From: Candidatus Gottesmanbacteria bacterium RIFCSPHIGHO2_01_FULL_40_15
GTDB taxonomy: Bacteria > Patescibacteriota > Microgenomatia > 2-02-FULL-39-11
Assembly: GCA_001779115.1 (NCBI GenBank)
Contig: MFJF01000019.1
Location: forward strand, 12,733 to 76,732
DNA: 64,000 nt
Direction: 5' to 3'
Positions 17,184-26,815 of the stretch are shown here, piece after piece. The notes under the pieces were generated by a model. The model was given only the letters and a program-made list of their open reading frames with translations, searched no databases and was not told the DNA's origin. A program made the translations under genes and the position numbers. The first letter of the stretch is position 1, and each line of letters begins with the position of its first letter.

Positions 17184-19127
17184 TTACTGTTTCCGTTTTC
17201 CAACAACCGGTTTCAGGATTTGTTGATAAAGCTCTCTCCAAATAATCAGATCTTTCTCAAGTTTTTCCAGTTTTTCGTCTGAGAAGGATTCAATTCCCAA
17301 GGCCAAGCGGAGATATCTTTGGGGCGGGATGTCTTCTTTGGTTCGGTCGTGAAGATAAAAAGTGTCATCCAGGTTGCCGAATAATCCGGTCATAACGGGA
17401 ATATAGAGGGGATTGATGCCCTTTCTTATCGGCACAAAAAGATAAAAAGCACCTTTTTCTCCGGGTTGGTCGGGAGCAATAAATGAGCGGTCAATATCAA
17501 AAATATCCGGTCTGGTTCTTCTCAAGACGTCAAGCAATTTTTCCTGGCGGGTACTGAGCATTTCAAAATATACAGCCTGGTCTTCCGGTTTGACAAAATC
17601 CCCAATGGCAAGAGCCCTAAACATCAGCGGGTAAGATACAGTGGGACATATTAATTTGGTTATTGCCGGAACATGAGCCGCCAGGAATCTGTCAGGGGTT
17701 CCGCCGAAACCGTCCCGTAAACCGGGTTGGCCATAAATTTTAGTCATCGGCAGAATGTCGATTCTTCTGTTGTACCCATTAAGAATTTCGCCAAGCGTTT
17801 TAATTTTATCCTGATTATCCGGATAGGCCATACCCAAATAAGCACCGTCATTAACAATGATTATTTTGGCGCCTTTTCTGCCCTGATGATCGGCGATAAC
17901 GTCTATTACTTTCTTGAACTGTTCGGCAGGCACAATTTTTGATCCGGGATTATTAATAAACTGCAGATCAATAATCAAAACGTCATCATTTTCAGGCTGT
18001 TGGAGAAATTCCTTCAGTTTACCGGGATTAAAGAAGAAATTTTCCTCAGCCTGTGTGACATATTCGATTGTTTCCATTTCCAATCCGTTTTCAGCCAGTT
18101 TGGCCAGCATGGTAAAACCGGGTGTCGGGAACAGAAGGCGGGGGTGAAACCTCTCATCTTTAATTTCTTTACGAAGGACAAGCCGGCTAAGAAGATATGA
18201 TCTGAGAAAAGCATCGGTGGCCGCGTAGCTGATAAAAGTTCCGTCAAGCTTTCCTTCATGAATATATCCGGTCAAACCGTATCTGGCCAGGTATTGTTCG
18301 TGCCGGTCACGAAGCCCCCGCCAGCCTAATCCCAGAGCCTGATATCCGGTATAATTTTCTTGCGCTCTTTTTATCATTTCCTCATAAGCATTGGCGCGGT
18401 CCATTATTCTGTGCCATTTCAATCCGTCCTGGCCCATTCTTTCCGCCACGTCAGCGTATTCGGGCTCCAATTCGCCGGTCAGATCAATATTGCCGATAAT
18501 CAGATTATAAAGGGGAGGCCGTTTTATACCGTTTTCCCGGCAAATAGATAAGGCTTCCTCAAGAATTCCGATATATTCCCTTATTTCAGGGGGTCTTTCT
18601 TCTGTTATTAATTTTTGCTCAAACGCAAATAATCTTTTTAATAACCACCGGCCCAGAGGTAACAGGTCCTGTTCTTTTTCAGAAGGCACCGGAGATTTTG
18701 TTTCTATATTGTGGCCGTTATCGGATTCCGGACGGAACCGGTGGCTCTTATTATACGCATGCCAGGTTTTATTAACTGCCTGGATTTCCGTTTGAACATC
18801 AGGTTTAGACAGCATGTTAAAAAGAGTGCGGCCGATTTGTCCTTCTGCGGTTCTTCTTAAGTTCTCATTTTGATTATCAACCGGAGAGCGGGAGTAGTTT
18901 TGCAGGGTGATGGCCATTGAGGCCAGATATAATATGAAAGCATCCTTTTCCCCGGGATTTATGCTTTCGGTCAAATTATCAAAAGATAATTGGAAATTTT
19001 CATCTTCCGTTCGCCATCTATCAATTTCCTGTCTGGCATAGAGGGTAACCTGGCCGCCGGTTGCCATCGGGTCTACCGGAGCGATGCGGATTGCTTCTTT
19101 AACAGGTATGGGAGTTTCCGGGATCAT
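17184..19127 (-). CDS. Divergent PLP-dependent class I/II aminotransferase-fold protein with long N-terminal extension
   Basis: FINNPGS, VNDGAY (DEAY-like), PMTKIYGQPGLRDG (PLP lysine loop), GAFYLF, YLRLA. Confidence 0.7.
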   Translation of the reverse strand: MIPETPIPVKEAIRIAPVDPMATGGQVTLYARQEIDRWRTEDENFQLSFDNLTESINPGEKDAFILYLASMAITLQNYSRSPVDNQNENLRRTAEGQIGRTLFNMLSKPDVQTEIQAVNKTWHAYNKSHRFRPESDNGHNIETKSPVPSEKEQDLLPLGRWLLKRLFAFEQKLITEERPPEIREYIGILEEALSICRENGIKRPPLYNLIIGNIDLTGELEPEYADVAERMGQDGLKWHRIMDRANAYEEMIKRAQENYTGYQALGLGWRGLRDRHEQYLARYGLTGYIHEGKLDGTFISYAATDAFLRSYLLSRLVLRKEIKDERFHPRLLFPTPGFTMLAKLAENGLEMETIEYVTQAEENFFFNPGKLKEFLQQPENDDVLIIDLQFINNPGSKIVPAEQFKKVIDVIADHQGRKGAKIIIVNDGAYLGMAYPDNQDKIKTLGEILNGYNRRIDILPMTKIYGQPGLRDGFGGTPDRFLAAHVPAITKLICPTVSYPLMFRALAIGDFVKPEDQAVYFEMLSTRQEKLLDVLRRTRPDIFDIDRSFIAPDQPGEKGAFYLFVPIRKGINPLYIPVMTGLFGNLDDTFYLHDRTKEDIPPQRYLRLALGIESFSDEKLEKLEKDLIIWRELYQQILKPVVGKRKQ

Positions 19128-19227
19128 AGGCTTTCATAATTTATCATACTTATTATCCCTGTCAAGAAAACCTTACGGAAATATCCCTGTTGCAAAAATT
19201 GAGATAACAATTAATAATAGATGGATA

Positions 19228-20136
19228 ATGAAGCCTATTATTTTTGCGGGAAATTCCAATCCGGAGTTGGCCCGGAATATTGCTTCTCATTTGGAGATGG
19301 AACTTGGCCACGTGGAAATTATACGATTTGCCGATTCCGAATGCCGGGTTAGAGTTGAAGAAGATGTTGAAGAAAAAGACGTATTTATTATCCAGTCTCT
19401 ATCCAACCCGGTCGATGAATTCCTGATGGAATTTCTTTTGATGGGTGATGCTGTTAAGCGGGGAGAACCCAGAAGAATGATTGCGGTTTTGCCTTACCAC
19501 GGTTATGCCCGTCAGGACAGGATCCACCGGCCGGGAGAATGCCTGTCCGCCCAGGTGGTGGCCAAATTAATTGAAACTGTGGGTTTTGACAAGCTGATTA
19601 CAGTTGAGCTTCATAGTGAATCAATCGTCGGTTTTTTTAAAATACCGGTTATCCACCTTTCCGGATTAACTGTATTTTATGATCTGGTAAAAAAGCTGAA
19701 TGAGGATGTTGTAATAATTACTCCGGATGCCGGAGCGTTAAAAAGAGCCCAACGCTTTGCCGAAAGCCTGGATTTGCCGTTGGCTTTAATTGAAAAAAAG
19801 AGGGACCTTGACCATCCCCATAAGATATTAAACATGAGGGTTGTCGGTGAGGTTAAGGACAAAACGGCCATCATCGTTGATGATGCTATTGTAACCGGAG
19901 GAACTTTGATGAATGCGGCTTATAAACTTAAGGAAAAAGGAGTCCGGAAAGTGATTGCAGCGGCAACCCATGCCGATTTTGTCGGAGGAGCGGATAAAAT
20001 ATTACAGGATTCGCCGATTGACGGAATTTGGGTTACGGATACAATTGATATTCCACAGGTTAAATATTTTTCCAAATTAAACGTTTCTTCCATTGCCACC
20101 CTGATAGCTTCGGAAATGAAGAAAATGGTAAAATAA
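19228..20136 (+). CDS. prs: Ribose-phosphate pyrophosphokinase
   Basis: FAGNSNPELA, RFADSE, PYHGYARQDR, TPDAG, IVDDAIVTGGT; start moved to MKPIIF. Confidence 0.95.
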   Translation: MKPIIFAGNSNPELARNIASHLEMELGHVEIIRFADSECRVRVEEDVEEKDVFIIQSLSNPVDEFLMEFLLMGDAVKRGEPRRMIAVLPYHGYARQDRIHRPGECLSAQVVAKLIETVGFDKLITVELHSESIVGFFKIPVIHLSGLTVFYDLVKKLNEDVVIITPDAGALKRAQRFAESLDLPLALIEKKRDLDHPHKILNMRVVGEVKDKTAIIVDDAIVTGGTLMNAAYKLKEKGVRKVIAAATHADFVGGADKILQDSPIDGIWVTDTIDIPQVKYFSKLNVSSIATLIASEMKKMVK

Positions 20137-20149
20137 ATGACAAAACCCC

Positions 20150-20773
20150 ATGTCATTTTTACCAAAAACCATCGAGACTCTGATTGAGAATTTTCAAAAA
20201 CTGCCGGGAATCGGACCGAAAACAGCCAGCCGGTTGACGTTTTATCTTCTCCATATGCCCCAATTTGAGCTTGAGAATTTCGGGAAGAATATTGTAAGCT
20301 TAAAGAAATCAGTCGTTTACTGTTCAGTTTGTTTTAATATTTCCTCAACTGATCCCTGTCCTATCTGTTCAGATGAAGCCAGGGATGAAAGGACGGTTTG
20401 TGTTATTGAAAACCCGATTGAGATTCTTCAATTTGAAAAAACCGGAAAATTCAAGGGGACCTATCATGTACTTCACGGAGCCATTAATCCTCTAAACAAT
20501 ATCGGTCCCGATGAATTAAAAATCGGAGAGCTTCTTAACAGGATAAAATCCGGTAAAATAAAGGAAATAATTCTGGCTACCAATCCCAATATGGAAGGTG
20601 AAGCTACAGCCATGTACGTCAAACGCGAAATCTCAAATCTTAAATCCCAAAATTCAAGGTTAAATTCATTAAAAATTACCAGATTAGCGCACGGGTTGCC
20701 GGTCGGTGCGGATCTGGAGTTTGCCGATGAGATAACATTGGGAAGGGCTCTGGAGGGGAGGAGGGAATTTTAA
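20150..20773 (+). CDS. recR: Recombination mediator RecR
   Basis: LPGIGPKTA, C4 zinc finger, YHVLHG, ATNPNMEGEATA, TRLAHGLPVG. Confidence 0.97.
   Translation: MSFLPKTIETLIENFQKLPGIGPKTASRLTFYLLHMPQFELENFGKNIVSLKKSVVYCSVCFNISSTDPCPICSDEARDERTVCVIENPIEILQFEKTGKFKGTYHVLHGAINPLNNIGPDELKIGELLNRIKSGKIKEIILATNPNMEGEATAMYVKREISNLKSQNSRLNSLKITRLAHGLPVGADLEFADEITLGRALEGRREF
20628..20655 (+). repeat. Degenerate heptamer tandem repeat inside recR
   Basis: aaatctc aaatctt aaatccc aaaattc, encoding (E)ISNLKSQNS. Confidence 0.55.
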
Positions 20774-21075
20774 TGCTGTCCAAAAAAAAACTGATTCAAC
20801 AGTTGAAAAAAGTACCTGACCCGGAACTTGGCATATCAATTGTTGATTTGGGCCTTATTTATGACGCTAAAATGGATAAAAACGGAAAAGTTGCGGTTCT
20901 TATGACTTTGACAACCATGGGATGCCCCCTTTTTGATCTTATCCGGGAGCCGGTCGAACAGCAATTGAGACAGCTTCCGGGAGTGACCGAAGTTGAGGTA
21001 AATTTGACATTTGAACCGCCCTGGTCGGTAGAAAAAATGACCAGGGAAGCAAAAATAAAACTCGGTTTTTTCTGA
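20773..21075 (+). CDS. DUF59/SufT-like metal-sulfur cluster assembly factor
   Basis: VPDPELGISIVDLGLIY, MTLTTMGCP, FEPPW. Confidence 0.93.
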   Translation: MLSKKKLIQQLKKVPDPELGISIVDLGLIYDAKMDKNGKVAVLMTLTTMGCPLFDLIREPVEQQLRQLPGVTEVEVNLTFEPPWSVEKMTREAKIKLGFF

Positions 21076-21097
21076 GTATAATTATTTATTAAATAAT

Positions 21098-21595
21098 ATG
21101 GCTGCGGGAAAGAAAATAATCAGATCAATAATTGAAGGAGGAGCGGAATTTGTTAAGGAGTCTGCCGGTCAGATGGCCGAAACTGTTGATCCGGTTAAAT
21201 TAATAGAACAGACTACCGGCACTCATAGTGCCAGCCACGAATTTTCCGATTACCTAAAAAATCTCGGGGGTAATTTGTCAGAAAGTGAGATTGAGAAGAA
21301 ACGGCAGGAATTTGAAAAAGAACAAAAAACGGGATTGGAAGAAGCCGAAAAAGTAATAAAAAGCGCATTACCGGCCCATCTGAAACCGGCTGTCCCGGCT
21401 AAAAAACCTTCAGTTTATGAACAAAATATCAGGGATGAAGAGATGAAAAAAGCCAAAGCCGTTGAAGCGCAAAAACAGCAGAAAAAAGCAATAGTTGTTC
21501 CGACAGGGATACGAAGGGGGATATTAGGAGGTTTAAAGAGGAAAAAACCCCGATCGACCGATTTGGAGGTTGGTAAGAATATTAAAACAGGATGA
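21098..21595 (+). CDS. Hypothetical charged protein
   Basis: 165-aa ORF whose stop overlaps the cysS start. Confidence 0.7.
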   Translation: MAAGKKIIRSIIEGGAEFVKESAGQMAETVDPVKLIEQTTGTHSASHEFSDYLKNLGGNLSESEIEKKRQEFEKEQKTGLEEAEKVIKSALPAHLKPAVPAKKPSVYEQNIRDEEMKKAKAVEAQKQQKKAIVVPTGIRRGILGGLKRKKPRSTDLEVGKNIKTG

Positions 21596-23103
21596 TAATG
21601 TCAAAACTAAAACTATATAATACTCTAAACCGGAGGGTCGAAGAATTCAAACCTCTAAATCCGCAAAACGTCGGTTATTATTCCTGCGGACCGACTGTTT
21701 ATGATTATGCCCATATTGGACATGCCAGGACATATATTTTTGCCGATATTCTGCAAAGAACACTGGAATTTAACGGTTTTAAGGTAAAACGGGTAATGAA
21801 TATTACCGATGTCGGACATTTAACCTCGGACAGTGATACCGGTGAGGATAAAATGGAACTTGCCTCGCGGCGAAGCGGGAAAGGAGCAAGCCGGGAGAAA
21901 AAGACTGTTTGGGAAATCGCCAAATTTTATTCCGATGATTTTATGCATACGCTTAATAAGCTAAATATTAAAAAACCTGACATTATCTGCCGGGCGACGG
22001 AAGAAATTAAGGCAATGATTGGTCTTGTTAAAACACTTGAAGATAAAGGCTTTACTTATGAAATTGAAGACGGGGTATATTTTGATACGGGTAAATTGCC
22101 CGATTACGGTAAAATGACGGGACAGAATTTTCAGGAACTTAAAAAATCACTAAGAGCCGGAGCCAGAGTGGAAATGACTGTGGGTAAGAAAAATATAACC
22201 GATTTTGCCTTATGGAAAAAAACTCCGGAAGGCATAAAGCGGCAGATGGAATGGGACAGTCCCTGGGGTAAAGGTTTTCCGGGATGGCACATTGAATGTT
22301 CGGCCATGTCGATGAAGTATTTGGGTCCGGCTTTTGACATCCACAGCGGAGGTGTTGATCACATAAAGATACACCATACCAATGAAATTGCCCAAAGCGA
22401 GGCAGCTACCGGTCAACAATTTGTCCGATACTGGCTGCATGCCGGCCATTTGTTGGTTGAAGGAGAAAAAATGAGCAAGTCAAAAAAAAACTTCCTGCGA
22501 TTAAAAAATTTGGCGGAGCGGAAATTTCTACCTTTAGCCTTAAGATACCTGTTTTTAACCTCATCCTACCGACAACAGCAGAATTTCACTTGGAAAAGTA
22601 TGATAGCTTCCCAAATTGCATACGATGAATTGACCGATATCACAGCGCAATTAAAAAGATCGATGCAGTCAGGTGAAAGAGTTTCAATATCCGAGGAAAA
22701 ACTGAATAAAGCTGATGCATTCAGGGAGGAATTTGTGGAAAGCATTAATGAAGATTTGAATACAAGCAGGGCGATGTCGGTATTATGGAAAGCGGTGAAA
22801 AGTAATATTCCGCCAGGTGATAAATATGACCTGCTGCTTTTATTTGATGAAGTATTGGGACTGGGATTATCCGGGATTGAAACAGAAAAGGAATATCAAG
22901 TTCCACCGAATATATTGGAACTTATTAATAAAAGAGAAACGATGAGACTACAGAAAAAATATGAAGTGGCGGACCGAATTAGGAAAGAAATTGAAAAGCA
23001 GGGCTATACGGTTGAAGACATGGAGAAGGGGACAAAAGTAATGCCGGTCAAACCATATACGGGAGTTGGTAATGAAAAAAAAGAATTTGAAAAAAGCGGT
23101 TAA
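21592..23103 (+). CDS. cysS: Cysteine--tRNA ligase
   Basis: CGPTVYDYAHIGH, PGWHIECSAMS, HHTNEIAQSE, KMSKS; carries a 7-aa palindrome-derived insert. Confidence 0.97.
   Translation: MIMSKLKLYNTLNRRVEEFKPLNPQNVGYYSCGPTVYDYAHIGHARTYIFADILQRTLEFNGFKVKRVMNITDVGHLTSDSDTGEDKMELASRRSGKGASREKKTVWEIAKFYSDDFMHTLNKLNIKKPDIICRATEEIKAMIGLVKTLEDKGFTYEIEDGVYFDTGKLPDYGKMTGQNFQELKKSLRAGARVEMTVGKKNITDFALWKKTPEGIKRQMEWDSPWGKGFPGWHIECSAMSMKYLGPAFDIHSGGVDHIKIHHTNEIAQSEAATGQQFVRYWLHAGHLLVEGEKMSKSKKNFLRLKNLAERKFLPLALRYLFLTSSYRQQQNFTWKSMIASQIAYDELTDITAQLKRSMQSGERVSISEEKLNKADAFREEFVESINEDLNTSRAMSVLWKAVKSNIPPGDKYDLLLLFDEVLGLGLSGIETEKEYQVPPNILELINKRETMRLQKKYEVADRIRKEIEKQGYTVEDMEKGTKVMPVKPYTGVGNEKKEFEKSG
21859..21879. 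repeat. 21-nt palindromic element inserted in frame in cysS
   Basis: cttgcctcgcggcgaagcggg (reverse complement cccgcttcgccgcgaggcaag), encoding LASRRSG. Confidence 0.7.
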
Positions 23104-23701
23104 GATTGGAATTGATATAGATAATGTAATTTCCGATTCATATCCGGCTTACCTTGATAAGTTTAATATCCAATATAAAACCGATATAAAGATTCACCAG
23201 ATTAGTGAATTTTATTATTTGAATAAAATTATTGAAGAGAATAAGAATATTCCCGGAAGAAAAATTGTTAATTTTATCGATGAGTTGGTTCTTGATGAGG
23301 AGTTTCAGTTAAATCTTCCGCCAATTGATGACAGTGTCAGGGTTATAAATAATTGGGTGAGCAAAGGATATAAAATCCATTATGTGACAGCCCGGCCGGT
23401 TGAGGTTAGGGAAATAACCATAAAGTGGCTTGAAAAGCACGGTTATTGGGTAAAAGGGGCAGAACTGGATTTATTCAACAGCAGAAAAGGATTTTCAAGC
23501 GATGCTGAATATAAAGCAGATATTGCCGTAAAACACAAGATTTGCGTTTTTATTGAAGATGCTTTGGAGATTGCCTTGAAGATGCCCATACCGGTGTTAC
23601 TTTTTGACCGGCCCTGGAACAAATTTAAAGCGAAAAAAAATCTGATAAGAATATCGTCATGGAAAGAAATTGAAGATACTCTACCGAAGGTACTCAAGTA
23701 A
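23072..23701 (+). CDS. HAD-superfamily 5'(3')-nucleotidase-like protein (NT5C type)
   Basis: IGIDIDNV, VTARP, FIEDA, FDRPWN motifs. Confidence 0.85.
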   Translation: MKKKNLKKAVKIGIDIDNVISDSYPAYLDKFNIQYKTDIKIHQISEFYYLNKIIEENKNIPGRKIVNFIDELVLDEEFQLNLPPIDDSVRVINNWVSKGYKIHYVTARPVEVREITIKWLEKHGYWVKGAELDLFNSRKGFSSDAEYKADIAVKHKICVFIEDALEIALKMPIPVLLFDRPWNKFKAKKNLIRISSWKEIEDTLPKVLK

Positions 23702-23707
23702 TGTAAT

Positions 23708-24751
23708 TTATGGGAATAACCGGTTGTAAAAATTTAATGTTCTGAAAGCTAGTGTGTTCCAGGAGCCTTTATTGAAGTTATGGTTTTCTCCCGGATAGGT
23801 AAAATAATCGATCTTTTTGTTTTTTTCTTTTAACATTTCATACAATTCATTCGACCACCAGATAGGTACTTCTTCATCAGACTCACCCTGATGCAGTTCG
23901 ATGGGCGCATTAATATTGTCAAAATAATTATCAATTGAATATTTGCTACTTTGGTAAAAGGATTCAAAATCAGAAACTAACTTCCTCAGAGCATATCCTT
24001 TATCGGAGAATTCATCAGTATAGTAAAGGATAGAATAGGGAAAAGGTTTGCTTACCGGTGCCCAAAGAACTGTGGGATAAGACGCGCCGGTTATTTCCAG
24101 TACCGCCAAAGCGATATGTCCGCCGTTTGAGTGTCCGAACAATCCGATTGAGGAAGGATCAACTGTATAGGGATATTCAGGAAGAGCGTTTTTTACCGCC
24201 TGAGGCAAAAGAGGAAGAGATTCTAACAGTTGCAGGACGGTTGTGTAGGTTTGGAATCTTTCTTCCATCGGATTTGCTGATGGAGAAGCAGATTGACCAT
24301 AACCCAGAAAATCAGGCGATATAGTCAGGAACCCGCTATCAGCCAGATGTTCACCGATTCTTGAAGTGCCCATTCCGGATTGATAAACTTCCTTGTCTAC
24401 AAATCCCCGTAATAGTAAGATGACGCTTTTCGGTCTTTGTTTTAGAGGGATGTTTACAAGTGCGCTGGTTTTTTTTCCTTCAGAATTAAAAAACAGCAAC
24501 CGGGAGGTAAAATTTCCGGACGGGCGGATCTCTTCGCCAATTTCCATTTCATTACCGGTAAAATTTGCCAGACTGAGATTATTAAAGGCATACCTGTCGA
24601 GGGTTCGTTCAATTTTAATGACAGAGTCGGCAACAGGCGAAACAAGAGTATTTTTAAGAGTCCGGAAATAAACAAATATTAAACTTATTCCCAAGATAAG
24701 AAGGGAAACGGCGGTAAGGAATAGAATTTTCGGTACAGTTCCGGTTGACAT
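23708..24751 (-). CDS. Membrane-anchored alpha/beta hydrolase (S9-like)
   Basis: GHSNGG nucleophile, HQGESDEEVP, YPGENHN; N-terminal TM; start moved to MSTG to avoid overlap with rpsF. Confidence 0.85.
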   Translation of the reverse strand: MSTGTVPKILFLTAVSLLILGISLIFVYFRTLKNTLVSPVADSVIKIERTLDRYAFNNLSLANFTGNEMEIGEEIRPSGNFTSRLLFFNSEGKKTSALVNIPLKQRPKSVILLLRGFVDKEVYQSGMGTSRIGEHLADSGFLTISPDFLGYGQSASPSANPMEERFQTYTTVLQLLESLPLLPQAVKNALPEYPYTVDPSSIGLFGHSNGGHIALAVLEITGASYPTVLWAPVSKPFPYSILYYTDEFSDKGYALRKLVSDFESFYQSSKYSIDNYFDNINAPIELHQGESDEEVPIWWSNELYEMLKEKNKKIDYFTYPGENHNFNKGSWNTLAFRTLNFYNRLFP

Positions 24752-24791
24752 TTCAGCTGTTTTATGAAAAATAATATGATATACTACCGGC

Positions 24792-25160
24792 ATGGATAAT
24801 TTATATGAAATGATGCTTATTAACAAGTCGGGATTGACCGACGCGGATGAAAAAAAGCTATTTAACAGAATCGGAACAGTCATTGAAGAAAAGGGTAAAA
24901 TTGTCAAAAAAAATGAAATGGGAAAGCAACTTTTAGCATACCCCATAAAAAAGGAAAAAGAGGGAAATTACTGGTTATTTTCCATTCAGGCAGACCCCCA
25001 ATTAATTGCAAAAATAAACGGCAAACTTAAAATGGAGGAAAATATTTTGCGATTTCTTATATTGAGGAAACAGGAACTGAAGAAGAAAGAAACAAAAGCA
25101 AAAGACATAAAAGGGGAGACTAGATCCACCGATAAAAAGGTTAAAAAGAAAGGAAGCTGA
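24792..25160 (+). CDS. rpsF: 30S ribosomal protein S6
   Basis: YEMMLI, GKQLLAYPIKK...G.Y, ILRFLI; rpsF-ssb-rpsR order. Confidence 0.93.
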   Translation: MDNLYEMMLINKSGLTDADEKKLFNRIGTVIEEKGKIVKKNEMGKQLLAYPIKKEKEGNYWLFSIQADPQLIAKINGKLKMEENILRFLILRKQELKKKETKAKDIKGETRSTDKKVKKKGS

Positions 25161-25163
25161 GAC

Positions 25164-25790
25164 ATGTCAGTAAGGTCGTTAAATAAAGTAATTCTTATAG
25201 GAAATTTAACCCGGGATCCCGAATTGAGATACACTCCGGCCGGTACGGCTGTCTGCACTTTCGGTTTGGCAACCAACCGTCAATGGACAACCCAAACAGG
25301 AGAAACCAAGGAAGAAACAGAATTTCACCGGATTGTTTCATGGAACAAGCTGGCTGAACTTTGTTCGCAACTGTTGTCAAAAGGCAGAAAAGTATATGTT
25401 GAAGGCAGATTGGCAACCCATACCTGGACCGGTCAGGACGGCAATCAGAGAACAACGACAGAGATTGTTATTGATGATATGATAATTCTTGATTCCAAAA
25501 GGGTAATAAAAGAAGAGGGGGAAGGTTATTCCCAACCGGTTACACCGGCAGCAATTCCGGTTGATGAAGGTGCAAATGCGCCTGTTGATATGAAAACTGC
25601 ATCTGAAAACGCAATCGGGGAAGAAAATGAAGAAAAAAGCGACAAGTTAAAATCAAAAGTTGAAAAAAAGACCGGTTCAACCAAATCTAAGAAAAAGGAT
25701 GAAGTACTTGAATCTGAAGTAAAAGTATCGGCGGCCCAAGCAGCTGAAAAAGGCATAGAGGAAATAACTCCCGATGATATCCCGTTTTAA
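25164..25790 (+). CDS. ssb: Single-stranded DNA-binding protein
   Basis: NKVILIGNLTRDPELRYT; C-terminal DDIPF. Confidence 0.98.
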   Translation: MSVRSLNKVILIGNLTRDPELRYTPAGTAVCTFGLATNRQWTTQTGETKEETEFHRIVSWNKLAELCSQLLSKGRKVYVEGRLATHTWTGQDGNQRTTTEIVIDDMIILDSKRVIKEEGEGYSQPVTPAAIPVDEGANAPVDMKTASENAIGEENEEKSDKLKSKVEKKTGSTKSKKKDEVLESEVKVSAAQAAEKGIEEITPDDIPF

Positions 25791-25810
25791 CGTGATTAAG
25801 AAATAAATAT

Positions 25811-26062
25811 ATGGCCAGACGCACCAGTACCAGAAGAATCCGAAGAAGAATAATTAAACCAAAAGATTGTCCTTTTTGTAAGTTAAATGAAGAACCGGAT
25901 TTTAAAGATGTTGAGAAAATCAGGCATTATATTTCAGAGAGGGGAAAAATTTTACCCCGGACTCTTACCGGTATCTGTCAAAAGCATCAGCTAAGACTTT
26001 CCAGATCCATCAAGCAATCAAGATACATGGCTCTTCTACCTTTTGTCGTCAGACCGGTTTAA
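25811..26062 (+). CDS. rpsR: 30S ribosomal protein S18 (Zn-binding type)
   Basis: CPFC, ISERGKILPR..TG.C.KHQ, ALLPF. Confidence 0.96.
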   Translation: MARRTSTRRIRRRIIKPKDCPFCKLNEEPDFKDVEKIRHYISERGKILPRTLTGICQKHQLRLSRSIKQSRYMALLPFVVRPV

Positions 26063-26079
26063 ACCGCTAATACTTGTTA

Positions 26080-26811
26080 ATGAAAACAACAGCAAAGATT
26101 ACCCTAACACCTAATGCTAAAGTTCTAGTTGATGTAGGGGATGAAATTAACAGGGAGACAGTATTGGCAAGTGAGGACGAAAAAGATAAAGATACAAGAA
26201 TTGATCTCTCAGGAATTCTCAAAGTAACGCCATCAGGAATTTTCCGGTATATTAAAAAAAGACCTCAGGATGCGATTAAAGAGGGAGATATACTGGCTGA
26301 AAAGAGGACTTTTTTAACGACACTGACCGTTCGCAGCCCGGTTAACGGAAAAGTCAAAGAAATAGATTTGAAAAGCGGAATACTGTCAATTTCCAAAGAT
26401 ACGCACAAATCCTCAAAAAATATTTCCGTTCCCTATGAGGGTAAAGTTAAAGATATCAGTAAGACTTTTATTGAAATTGAATTGAAGGGTTTAAAAGTTA
26501 CAGGTGTAACAGGGTCGGGCAAAGAATGCAGCGGACGATTGCAGCGGGTTACCCATGAAAGAAGCGGTTTATTTGATTTTGATACGGATGTGCAAGATTG
26601 CATTATTATGATTAAGGAAGCATTTGAGGATATTCAGATAAAGCTTGATGTGTTGGGGGCCGCCGGTCTTGTTGCCACAAAAGCTGCGGGTGAAACCGAA
26701 TTATCCAGGCTGATCGTTTCAGAGGATGATTTTGCGGAACTTTCCAAACATGACAAAAAAATTGCTTGGATGAGGCCCCAGGATAAAGAAATTTTTATAC
26801 TTTCTTCCTGA
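26080..26811 (+). CDS. Hypothetical protein with barrel-sandwich hybrid-like motifs
   Basis: VDVGDEI, EGDILAE, VRSPVNGKV, VPYEGKV motifs. Confidence 0.75.
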   Translation: MKTTAKITLTPNAKVLVDVGDEINRETVLASEDEKDKDTRIDLSGILKVTPSGIFRYIKKRPQDAIKEGDILAEKRTFLTTLTVRSPVNGKVKEIDLKSGILSISKDTHKSSKNISVPYEGKVKDISKTFIEIELKGLKVTGVTGSGKECSGRLQRVTHERSGLFDFDTDVQDCIIMIKEAFEDIQIKLDVLGAAGLVATKAAGETELSRLIVSEDDFAELSKHDKKIAWMRPQDKEIFILSS

Positions 26812-26815
26812 ACAT

